Below are positions 47,945 to 56,917 of a stretch of 64,000 nt of DNA, one piece after another (within the stretch, counting starts at the first letter, position 1; each line of letters begins with the position of its first letter). A model generated the notes under the pieces. It had not been told where the DNA came from and ran no database searches. It was given only the letters and a program-made list of their open reading frames with translations. This DNA comes from Candidatus Latescibacterota bacterium. GTDB taxonomy: Bacteria; Latescibacterota; UBA2968. The position numbers and the translations under genes are program-made. The stretch spans positions 5,344,001-5,408,000 of the forward strand of contig OZ242195.1 of assembly GCA_965205975.1 (NCBI GenBank), read 5' to 3'.

Positions 47945-48724
47945 TCACTCCTCGCGTGGCGCACCCGCCACTTGTAACGAAGTGCCGTGTATTTGATTGT
48001 GTTTTATATCGGGATATTCCTGCCATTGCCTTCCATCCAGCGTGTTGCCGCCAGCCTTGGGTGTGCGACCACCCCATTGCTTAAAGAAGAAAGCAACATT
48101 CTGCGCCTGACATTGATCGCGCAATTCACGTAGCCATTCCACTTTGACTGGACGTGCCCCCGGTCCGCTCTCTCCTCCGGCGATTATCCAATGAATATCC
48201 GTAAGATCCACCGTACCAAGTGCATCGAGTAACGGCTCGAATGAAACAAAGCGCGTTGAGGCGTTGGTCTGTCTCAAGTGACGTAGGCGCGTCATGGCCG
48301 CCGCGTTTTCGATGGAAACACCGAGCCAGATATGTGGCGGGGCGGACAGTCTCCCATAGCGTTGATGGACAAAATCGCGCATCAGCGAACTGCGCTTGGT
48401 CAGCACTTGATAGATGTGCCAATCCGCCTGCTCCATTGTATCAAATACACGATGGATGTACTGAGTTGGTATGTCCTTATGGAACAGGTCGCTCATCGAA
48501 TTGACAAAGATGAGTTGCGGACGCCGCCAGTGCCTGGGTTGCTCAAGGCGTTCGGGGCGAAGCGTGAGATCAAAACCCGTTTCAAAAGGGTTGCCCTTGA
48601 CGCCGCGGAAACGCTCCGATAATCGCTCGGCATAGCAATGGTCGCAACCCGCACTCACCTTTGTGCAGCCGGTGACCGGATTCCATGTGCTGTTGGTCCA
48701 CTCAATAGTGCTTTTACGCGACAT
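47945..48724 (-). CDS. DUF5131 / phage Gp37-Gp68 family protein
   Basis: IEWT..TWNPVTGCTKVSAGCDHCYA, IFVNSMSDLFH, LTKR, SFEPLL, GGESG, FFFKQWGG. Confidence 0.92.
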   Translation of the reverse strand: MSRKSTIEWTNSTWNPVTGCTKVSAGCDHCYAERLSERFRGVKGNPFETGFDLTLRPERLEQPRHWRRPQLIFVNSMSDLFHKDIPTQYIHRVFDTMEQADWHIYQVLTKRSSLMRDFVHQRYGRLSAPPHIWLGVSIENAAAMTRLRHLRQTNASTRFVSFEPLLDALGTVDLTDIHWIIAGGESGPGARPVKVEWLRELRDQCQAQNVAFFFKQWGGRTPKAGGNTLDGRQWQEYPDIKHNQIHGTSLQVAGAPREE

Positions 48725-48911
48725 GTAATCCCCCTATGTGCCACTTGAAGCGTCTAAAGATTACTGCACATAAGTATAGTTTGTTCTTGCCGAAAGAGCA
48801 AGTATGTGGTATTTTCTCTCAAAAAAAGATAGGTTATATTCGGCTTATGATACTCGGCTAATGTGATGATAAGCCGAAGTCCCGCCGGTTAGGCAAATTA
48901 ATCTTACGACC

Positions 48912-48926
48912 TTGACAAATTGTCAA
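48912..48926. promoter_or_regulatory. palindrome of back-to-back -35 hexamers between divergent genes
   Basis: TTGACA-AAT-TGTCAA; further IR TTCGGCTTAT/ATAAGCCGAA at 48839-48878. Confidence 0.45.
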
Positions 48927-48978
48927 TCTCAATCTAATTATATATGTCAACCTTTAATTGTACATTGGAGGTGGTTGC

Positions 48979-50106
48979 ATGAGTGAATCTCTTAATCAAG
49001 AGGTGTACAACCGCGATAGCAGTCCATTCAATGCACAAGTGTTTGATCTGTTTTGCAGCATTGGAGGTTTGACCTATGGACTAAAAAGGGCTGGAATCGC
49101 AGTCAACGCCGGTCTGGATATTGATGGTTCGTGCCGTTACGCTTATGAAAATAACTGCGAAGCGACTTTTATTGAAGCGGATATTAGAGAAATCTCTTTT
49201 TCAGATATTTCAAGGTATTTTAATGATGCGGAATATCGCGTGCTTGTGGGTTGCGCACCCTGTCAACCGTTCTCCAGCCACACAGCCAAAATGAAGTCTG
49301 GTGAGTCGGATTCAAGGTGGAACCTGATAGATGAATTTCTGAGAATAATTCTTGAGGGCAGACCAGAGATTATCTCTATGGAGAATGTGCCCCAACTCAT
49401 GGATAAGCCAATTTACAATAATTTTAAGCACGAGTTAGCCGATGCAGGATATAGTATTTCTGATGGGATTATATCCTGTGCCGGCTTCGGGGTTCCGCAA
49501 AGCCGAAGTCGCTTGGTTATGCTGGCATCTTTGTTGGGCAGAATTAATATGCCGAAATCCAACACCCAAAAGCCCAAAACGGTTAGGCAAGCAATTGGAC
49601 ACCTCGCACCTCTTGATCAGGGGCAATCAAACGAGGATGATTTTTTGCATGTTTGTTCTCGATTGGAGTCAATCAACCTAAAACGCATCCGGGCTTCTAA
49701 GCCCGGTGGAAGTTGGCGAGATTGGCCTACTGAATTATTGCCAGATTGCTACAAAAAAGATAGTGGCTTAAGCTATGGGAGCGTTTACGGGCGTATGCAG
49801 TGGGATAAGCCAGCACCTACGCTGACCACGCAATTTTATCGTTATGGAACTGGTCGCTATGGGCATCCAGAACAAGATCGTGCTCTGAGCTTGAGAGAAG
49901 GTGCAATTCTCCAAACTTTCCCCGAGGAGTATCAGTTTGTTGCTCCCGATGAAAAAGCGTCATTTTCGAGAATTGGCCGTCAAATAGGCAATGCTGTTCC
50001 GCCATCTTTGGCTTATGCTATTGGGAAAGCAATTACAGGTCATATAAAAAAAAGGGCAGCAAAAATGCTTGAAAGACTTAAGCTGTCTGTCTTTTTTAGT
50101 GCCTGA
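48979..50106 (+). CDS. DNA (cytosine-5)-methyltransferase 1
   Basis: DLFCSIGG, GCAPCQPFS, ENV, PQSRSR, LSLREGAILQTFP, QIGNAVPP; GGAGGT RBS. Confidence 0.93.
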   Translation: MSESLNQEVYNRDSSPFNAQVFDLFCSIGGLTYGLKRAGIAVNAGLDIDGSCRYAYENNCEATFIEADIREISFSDISRYFNDAEYRVLVGCAPCQPFSSHTAKMKSGESDSRWNLIDEFLRIILEGRPEIISMENVPQLMDKPIYNNFKHELADAGYSISDGIISCAGFGVPQSRSRLVMLASLLGRINMPKSNTQKPKTVRQAIGHLAPLDQGQSNEDDFLHVCSRLESINLKRIRASKPGGSWRDWPTELLPDCYKKDSGLSYGSVYGRMQWDKPAPTLTTQFYRYGTGRYGHPEQDRALSLREGAILQTFPEEYQFVAPDEKASFSRIGRQIGNAVPPSLAYAIGKAITGHIKKRAAKMLERLKLSVFFSA

Positions 50107-50133
50107 TAAATAGAAGAAAATGGAAATCACAGC

Positions 50134-51396
50134 ATGAATAGGGGCCTAAAATTTCTGGATCTTTTCGCGGGTGCTGGAGGGCTGTCCGAGGGATTTATAC
50201 AAGCGGGATTCGAGCCTGTCGCACATATTGAATCAGATAAAGCGGCATGTTTCACTCTACGCACACGGATGGCATACCACTATTTGAAGGACCGTGACAG
50301 GGTAGAACTGTATGCAGATTATCTGAATGGAACACTGAGCCGTCCAGATTTCTATGAACAAGTTCCGGAACGGATTATCGAATCAGTCATCGATGCCGAG
50401 ATAGGTGACAAAACACTGCCGGATATTTTTCGGCGGGTTGACGCTCTACTGGATAATTGTAGGCTTGATTTGATTGTCGGTGGGCCTCCTTGCCAAGCCT
50501 ATTCCCTAATAGGTCGTTCTCGTGATTTGAATAGTATGAAGGGGGATAAGCGTAACTATCTGTATAACTATTACGCCGAATTTTTGAAGAGGTACAAACC
50601 ATTATACTTTGTCTTCGAAAATGTCACCGGTCTTCTATCTGCTAGAAATGGGGATGGCAGCCGCTATTTTGACGCCATGCAAAGCCTCTTCCGCGAATGT
50701 GGTTACAAAACGGACTTCCTGAAGTTATCAGCAGAGGATTATGGCGTCCTACAGAGGCGAGAAAGAATCATTCTTGTCGGAAGAAAGGGTAAAATGACCG
50801 GCTTTTATCCAGAGCCAGACAAGTGGAATCCTAATGCCTGTGTCAGGGAAATATTCTGTGATCTGCCCATTATCGCCGCGGGTGAAGGCGACCCAGGCCC
50901 ATGCAATGTCAGGCCATATCTTGGAACATATCAGTATGAAGCAGGGATAAGAGATGACGAGCTTCCAGTCACTTGGCATCAAGCAAGACCTAATACGGAA
51001 CAAGACCTTGAAATTTACCGGAGAGCTGTTAATCTCTGGAATAAAGAAAAGACTCGTCTAAATTACAATATGCTTCCGGAGCATCTGAAAACACATAGAC
51101 ACCGAAACTCGTTTCTGGATAGGTTCAAAGTCGTCGCTGAGGATCTGCCGTTTTCTCATACTGTAGTTGCCCATATCGCCAAGGACGGTCACTATTACAT
51201 TCATCCGGACATTAATCAGAATCGATCAATCACACCTAGAGAGGCTGCGCGATTGCAGACATTCCCAGATGATTATTACTTTGAGAGCGTCAGATATGTT
51301 CCCGGACGCACGCCTGCTTTCAGTCAGATCGGCAATGCAGTGCCTGTGCTTCTGGCACGGAAAATAGCTGATAAATTGCAGGGGGTCTGGTTATGA
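50134..51396 (+). CDS. DNA (cytosine-5)-methyltransferase 2
   Basis: DLFAGAGG, GGPPCQ, ENV, QRRER, ITPREAARLQTFP, QIGNAVP. Confidence 0.94.
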   Translation: MNRGLKFLDLFAGAGGLSEGFIQAGFEPVAHIESDKAACFTLRTRMAYHYLKDRDRVELYADYLNGTLSRPDFYEQVPERIIESVIDAEIGDKTLPDIFRRVDALLDNCRLDLIVGGPPCQAYSLIGRSRDLNSMKGDKRNYLYNYYAEFLKRYKPLYFVFENVTGLLSARNGDGSRYFDAMQSLFRECGYKTDFLKLSAEDYGVLQRRERIILVGRKGKMTGFYPEPDKWNPNACVREIFCDLPIIAAGEGDPGPCNVRPYLGTYQYEAGIRDDELPVTWHQARPNTEQDLEIYRRAVNLWNKEKTRLNYNMLPEHLKTHRHRNSFLDRFKVVAEDLPFSHTVVAHIAKDGHYYIHPDINQNRSITPREAARLQTFPDDYYFESVRYVPGRTPAFSQIGNAVPVLLARKIADKLQGVWL

Positions 51397-53546
51397 GCAC
51401 AAGCGGAACATACAGAATAAGACCGGCTGGTCGGCATATCCTGACCATTGGCCGTGACCTGATTCAGGATGTCTATGCGGCGGTCGTAGAACTGGTGAAG
51501 AATGCTTATGACGCCGATTCTCCTGATGTAAATATCAAATTTATGGCCAATCCTGACCACAGCGGATATTCCATCATTATCTCAGACCATGGTCACGGAA
51601 TGTCCAGGGATACTGTCATTAACAAGTGGATGGTGCCGTCAACCCGAGACAAACTTGATCGGCGCACGAGTCCTTCCGGAAGGATTATGCAGGGACGTAA
51701 GGGGGTGGGGCGCTACGCCGCATCCATTCTCGGCACAGACTTGCTTCTCGAAACAGTGACTGCTGAAGGCGAGAAGACAACGGTCTATGTTGAGTGGGAG
51801 AATTTCGAGGCTGCCGAATATCTGGATGACGTGGAAATCCTCATTGAAACCACTGAGGTATCCGAACCGCCGGGTACACAACTGACTATGGCTGGGGATA
51901 TTGAGCTTCTTGCTGACTGGGACAAGAAACAGTTCGAAAAACTTCGTTTTGAACTAAAAAAACTGAAATCGCCTGTGAGTGCTGCTCTTAGCGATGATGA
52001 CTTTTGTATCATTCTGGAGGTTGAAGGTTTTCCTGCCGTAGAGGACATTAGTGAAACTGTCGAGTCATTTCCGATCTTCGATCTCTTTGATTATAAGATA
52101 GCTGGCAAAATTAGTGCTGATGGCAATGGTACCCTGACGTATTCGTCTCAGAAAGTTCGTAATATCGCCGATGAGAGTATTACTTTTGATTTTGGTCAGC
52201 CTACCGAATGCGGTGAACTTGATATTGATGTACGGGTGTATGACCGTGACAAAGATGCTATTGATTCTTTGATAGGACGTGGTCTTAAAGATGAATCTGG
52301 CAACTATGTCGGAAAACTTCAAGCAAGGCAACTTCTCAACGCTTCCAACGGCATAGGTGTTTACCGAAACGGATTTCGTATCCGGCCGCTGGGTGATCCA
52401 GACTTTGATTGGTTGAAACTGAACGAGCAGCGTGTTCAAAACCCATCGCTCAGAATCGGTAGCAACCAAGCAATCGGATATGTGCAGATTCAGTCAGATG
52501 AGCAATCCGGTCTAATTGAAAAAAGTGCCAGAGATGGACTCAGGGAAAATGCGGCCTTTAGTCATCTAAAAGAAATTACCACAAAGGTCATTGCTGAACT
52601 CGAAACGCGACGGTTCGAGTTCAGAATGAAAGCCGGTTTGAGCAGGCCTGTTATTAAAGTCGAACGCGAATTGGAACGCCTTTTTTCGTTTCAGGAACTG
52701 AAACAGGATGTTATGGAAAGACTTATCAGATCTGGAATTGATCCCAAAACCTCTAATAAAATTATTGATATCATTAGTCGTGAAGAAGAGGATAAGAATA
52801 AAATTGCCGCTGAAATCCGTCAAGCTGTCGCCATTTATCAGGGACAAGCTACCTTGGGGAAAATCATTAACGTGATCCTTCACGAAGGCAGACGGCCACT
52901 CAATTACTTCCGAAACCAAATACCAAACCTTCGGTACTGGTACAAATCATTTCGGAAAACTGAGAATTTAGAAAATCTTGAGAAATCTCTATCAATTGTT
53001 GAGGGCATAGGCATGAATGCAGAGTTTTTTGTCAATCTCTTCAACAAACTTGATCCTCTGGCAGCGGGGAAGCGCTCTAAAAGAGAGTCCCTTGCGCTGA
53101 AGAAAGAGATAGAGAACGTGCTTGCTGTCTTTGAACAAGAAATGAAATCTCAGAAGGTAATCGCTGAAATTACAGGATCCGACGACTTTAGATTTTCCTC
53201 TTGGCGTCAAGATATCAGTGCGATTTTCACAAATCTTGTGGACAACAGTCTGTACTGGATGAACGAAAAGAATACGCCCAAGCGAAAAATCATTATTGAA
53301 CTCGCAACAAACAAGAATTCTCTTCTTCAGATTGATTATCATGACACCGGGCCAGGTATTGAACCTGACCACATTGCAAGTGAAGTGATTTTTGAACCTG
53401 AGTTTACCACCAAACCATCTGGTACTGGTCTGGGGCTGGCAATTGCAGGTGAGGCTGCCGCACGTAACGATCTTGAATTGAAAGCTTTTGAATCTCAAGA
53501 AGGGGCTTGGTTCAGGTTACAACCTAAAACGGAGGATGAGGAATGA
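51393..53546 (+). CDS. MORC/MutL-type GHKL ATPase fused to a C-terminal histidine kinase
   Basis: ELVKNAYDA, DHGHGM, GRKGVGR, PGT; VYRNGFRI.P.G middle domain; H-box ILHEGRRPL, NLVDNS, DTGPG, FTTKPSGTGLGL; no TM segment. Confidence 0.9.
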   Translation: MSTSGTYRIRPAGRHILTIGRDLIQDVYAAVVELVKNAYDADSPDVNIKFMANPDHSGYSIIISDHGHGMSRDTVINKWMVPSTRDKLDRRTSPSGRIMQGRKGVGRYAASILGTDLLLETVTAEGEKTTVYVEWENFEAAEYLDDVEILIETTEVSEPPGTQLTMAGDIELLADWDKKQFEKLRFELKKLKSPVSAALSDDDFCIILEVEGFPAVEDISETVESFPIFDLFDYKIAGKISADGNGTLTYSSQKVRNIADESITFDFGQPTECGELDIDVRVYDRDKDAIDSLIGRGLKDESGNYVGKLQARQLLNASNGIGVYRNGFRIRPLGDPDFDWLKLNEQRVQNPSLRIGSNQAIGYVQIQSDEQSGLIEKSARDGLRENAAFSHLKEITTKVIAELETRRFEFRMKAGLSRPVIKVERELERLFSFQELKQDVMERLIRSGIDPKTSNKIIDIISREEEDKNKIAAEIRQAVAIYQGQATLGKIINVILHEGRRPLNYFRNQIPNLRYWYKSFRKTENLENLEKSLSIVEGIGMNAEFFVNLFNKLDPLAAGKRSKRESLALKKEIENVLAVFEQEMKSQKVIAEITGSDDFRFSSWRQDISAIFTNLVDNSLYWMNEKNTPKRKIIIELATNKNSLLQIDYHDTGPGIEPDHIASEVIFEPEFTTKPSGTGLGLAIAGEAAARNDLELKAFESQEGAWFRLQPKTEDEE

Positions 53547-54604
53547 GTGTGTTGCGACTGCTTATAGTTGAGGATGATGAACAGGATCTATCTACCTGTA
53601 GAGATACTGTCGAAAGATACGAAAATGAAAAGCAGCGCAAAGTCGAACTCGTCGAATGCAAGGATGTCAGTGCGGCTTTCGAGTGCCTTGACAATTCCTT
53701 CGATGGTGCGATTATTGACCTGAAGCTCGGGGATCAGGGCGATGAAGGCAATCAGGTTATATGTAAAATCGAAGATTCACAGTTCCGGATTCCAGTCTTT
53801 ATTTTAACTGGAACCCCTGTCAACACGGAGTTTACACATATAAAAGTTTTCAAAAAAGGGGACTCTGGAGCAGGATACGATGATTTATTGGACAGATTCT
53901 GGGATATTTATAACACGGGGCTAACTCGTATCATGGGTGGCAGGGGCATCATCGAACAAACATTGAGCCAAGTATTTTTGGGAAATCTCCTCCCACAGAT
54001 AGATACATGGATACATTATGGTGAGGACGATTCTTCCAGAACTGAAAAGGCTCTTCTTCGGCACACGCTGAATCATCTGCTTCAGCTTCTTGACGATGAC
54101 GCAGACAGTTGCTTTCCCGAAGAAGTCTATCTGCACCCGCCGCTTAATGACGATATCCGGACTGGTAGCCTTGTTAAAGAAAAGGAAAGTGGGAAGTGGT
54201 TTGCTGTCATGAGTCCAGCCTGCGACCTTGTCGTGAGGGAAGATGGCAGCCGTAATACTGACAGGATTCTTATTGTCGAAGTTGATCTTGGAACGACGTT
54301 ATTTCCGTGGTTTGATGATACAAATCTGAGTAAAACCAGAAAGGGAGAGTTGAAACGAGCATTCGGGAACAACAAATCAGCCTATCATCACTGGCTTCCT
54401 AAGACGGATTTCTTTGAAGGCGGTTTCCTCAATTTTAGAAAACTTTTCACTTGGGAAATTGAACAATTCCAAGAAAAATTCCACACCCCTCCTGAAATAC
54501 AAATCTCGCTATCTTTTGTGAAGGATATTGTGGCGCGTTTTTCATCATACTACGCTCGTCAGGGACAGCCAGATATCGATTTTGACAGATTTATCAACTC
54601 TTGA
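53543..54604 (+). CDS. receiver-domain protein with uncharacterised C-terminal domain
   Basis: LLIVEDD, AIIDLKL, ILTG, FKKG; C-terminal SPACDL...RFSSYYARQGQPD. Confidence 0.85.
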   Translation: MSVLRLLIVEDDEQDLSTCRDTVERYENEKQRKVELVECKDVSAAFECLDNSFDGAIIDLKLGDQGDEGNQVICKIEDSQFRIPVFILTGTPVNTEFTHIKVFKKGDSGAGYDDLLDRFWDIYNTGLTRIMGGRGIIEQTLSQVFLGNLLPQIDTWIHYGEDDSSRTEKALLRHTLNHLLQLLDDDADSCFPEEVYLHPPLNDDIRTGSLVKEKESGKWFAVMSPACDLVVREDGSRNTDRILIVEVDLGTTLFPWFDDTNLSKTRKGELKRAFGNNKSAYHHWLPKTDFFEGGFLNFRKLFTWEIEQFQEKFHTPPEIQISLSFVKDIVARFSSYYARQGQPDIDFDRFINS

Positions 54605-54747
54605 AATAGGCATACAGGAAGTTGCAGGATTGAAGTTCGCTACATTTCGATGGGTTCACGTTTTTTAACTCACCTCCACACCCATTCCACCATATCCTGT
54701 ATCTTCTTTTCGAATCGCTCAATCAACGTATTTCCTATTCTCAGGTC

Positions 54748-55014
54748 TCATTGTTTTTCGATAGCCTCGGGCGCAATAGCAGTCGGCTGACTTTCCAGAT
54801 AGAGCGTATCATAGCTCAGATCTAACTCGCCTGGCCATTCCACGGAACCTGCTACTACACGGACTGCCTGGAAGGTGGCGCGATTCTGAAGGCGCACAAA
54901 GACGCCGCGCTGGAGATAAGGCTTCACATCGAATATCCGCTGTTCACCATTCTCAAATATTAATTCCAGTTGATAATCTTCGAGTGGGCGTACTTGCTTG
55001 ACATAGGGATTCAT
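54748..55014 (-). CDS. DUF2442 family putative antitoxin
   Basis: V.PLEDYQL...FENGE.R.FDV.PYL...W.GELDL..DTLY. Confidence 0.8.
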   Translation of the reverse strand: MNPYVKQVRPLEDYQLELIFENGEQRIFDVKPYLQRGVFVRLQNRATFQAVRVVAGSVEWPGELDLSYDTLYLESQPTAIAPEAIEKQ

Positions 55015-55031
55015 TGCAATCTCTCAAGCCA

Positions 55032-55907
55032 TCATCTCTCACCCGATAATTTCGCATACTCAATTTCCAGTGGCTGGGTGATTCGGTTTGTTAATTCTAT
55101 GAGATCGGGCCGGTCAGGTGGGAAATCTTTCTCCATCTTTCCATCGGGATATACGGTAACAGTGTCTATCCTTTTTATGAATCCCTTCTTGGCTGTCGCA
55201 CGATTGACTTGGAGGCCGTCTTTTGAAATTCCCATGCGAGTCTGTAAAATGCGTCCTTCGCCGATAATGCGAAAAAGAAAACCCAGTATGCCGGATGTTG
55301 GGCGCCCTGTAAGTCCTTTGATCTCGTCATAGGCAACCCAATTTCCAAAATCCAGCAGTCGATAGGTCATCACCCGTTGATTGGTTACTTTGAGATTCGG
55401 CGTCGAAAGCGTATCCATGTACGAATATCGATCCGGCTTGCCGGACTGGTCTTCCCACCAGATTCGCACATTTACTGCCAGTTCTGGCGTTGGGGCTTCC
55501 ACTACCTCGCGGATGACCCGATCTATTCGATAATCTACTTCCATATTCTGTTTGTATTGATAGGATAACTGCGCGTACTGGGGCATCGCGTTTTCCGCGC
55601 GTGCGGTCACTTCCATAAATGCCTGAAACCAGTTTTCGTACCCGATAAATAGCGGCAGTCCCTGTGGATCATGCGCCCTTGCCTTCTGTGCGAGATAAAG
55701 GATCATCTCCCCCTGAAAACGCACACCATTGGTCGTCGCTATCGGGTCGTAATCGTCACATTGTCGCATCGCCTCTACGATCTCTGCGCGACTTACCACC
55801 TGATATCCCGGACGCACGCCGTCTGCACATGCTGACCGATCCAGCAAAAAGAAAAAACAAAGGAGGGTTGCGATTCTCAACCCTCCAATGCAGTGAAAGC
55901 CCGTCAT
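55032..55907 (-). CDS. hypothetical exported protein
   Basis: 291 aa ORF with signal-like N-terminus; no family recognised. Confidence 0.6.
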   Translation of the reverse strand: MTGFHCIGGLRIATLLCFFFLLDRSACADGVRPGYQVVSRAEIVEAMRQCDDYDPIATTNGVRFQGEMILYLAQKARAHDPQGLPLFIGYENWFQAFMEVTARAENAMPQYAQLSYQYKQNMEVDYRIDRVIREVVEAPTPELAVNVRIWWEDQSGKPDRYSYMDTLSTPNLKVTNQRVMTYRLLDFGNWVAYDEIKGLTGRPTSGILGFLFRIIGEGRILQTRMGISKDGLQVNRATAKKGFIKRIDTVTVYPDGKMEKDFPPDRPDLIELTNRITQPLEIEYAKLSGER

Positions 55908-55936
55908 GTTATCCCTAATTCGTTACGCCACGCGGT

Positions 55937-56791
55937 CTAATTTTTCAACACAATGAGGATGCGCTGACCGACGAGCAAGGGATCGGAAAAGGAGATGGTG
56001 AGGGTTTGGGCTTCTTTATCCTCGCTGAGTGCGTATTCTTTGTCTTTGCTCAGTTTGCCATGGTCGTCGCATACGGCGGCGAGTTCGCCCTGTACGGTAA
56101 TGTTTTCTCCAATGGACACTTTCTTAACGTCGGTGTTGTCAACATCGGGGAAATTTATAATTTTGTAGTTTTTGCGAATCCTTCGCCATGTATGGAGATA
56201 CCCCTGTTCTTTCAGATTATCTTCGATGCCGACATAGACGAGGACTGAACTGATAATTTCCTCAGCATCCTTAAGGTCTTCTTTGGTGACCTGGAGGTCT
56301 TCTTTGGTAACCTTAAGGTCTTCCTGGGTAACCTTAAGATCTTCCTGGGTAGCCTGAAGGTCCTTATGAGCTTTTTCGAGGGCTTCTGTTACGCGTTGAA
56401 GGCGATTGGTTTGCTCGAAGAGGCTGTTGCGGAGGCTGTCGCGTGCGGCTGCCACCTGTTCGAGATCACCTCTCAGAGTGGTGGTGAGACGCCGGTATTC
56501 TTTCATCTCATTGGTAAGGCGGTGGAGGGTGGTCAGCAAAACTTTATTTGATGTGCTGGTACTATCCATTTGTGCACGCACAGAATCGATGCGGACATTT
56601 AGTCCTTCGACCACCATATTTAGAGAGTCTATCAGTGCTTCATCGCGTTTGGCTTCTTCCTCTATTTGCATGACGTAGGGACTTTCTTTAATAATTTCCT
56701 CTTCGCTGGGCAAAAACGCGATGTACAAAAGAAGGGCTACTGCGATGGCTGCAATGCCAATTACCAGGATGATTTGCTTGTTGTTCTGCAT
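55937..56791 (-). CDS. membrane-anchored coiled-coil protein with tandem heptad repeats
   Basis: N-terminal TM; DLQATQE-DLKVTQE-DLKVTKE-DLQVTKE; GGAGGT RBS. Confidence 0.75.
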   Translation of the reverse strand: MQNNKQIILVIGIAAIAVALLLYIAFLPSEEEIIKESPYVMQIEEEAKRDEALIDSLNMVVEGLNVRIDSVRAQMDSTSTSNKVLLTTLHRLTNEMKEYRRLTTTLRGDLEQVAAARDSLRNSLFEQTNRLQRVTEALEKAHKDLQATQEDLKVTQEDLKVTKEDLQVTKEDLKDAEEIISSVLVYVGIEDNLKEQGYLHTWRRIRKNYKIINFPDVDNTDVKKVSIGENITVQGELAAVCDDHGKLSKDKEYALSEDKEAQTLTISFSDPLLVGQRILIVLKN

Positions 56792-56917
56792 GATTACCTC
56801 CAAAAAGAGACGGTTGCAGGAAATGAGGGCTATAGGTGTTGGAGAGCAAGGGACTTTTTATGGGGCTGTCCCACTTTGGCTTATTCTTTAGTGGTGAAGC
56901 TGTGAGGTCCTCCCTTG

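Noticed and set aside
47945..48724. Prophage suggested by the Gp37/Gp68 gene
   Set aside because: No structural, terminase or integrase genes in the window
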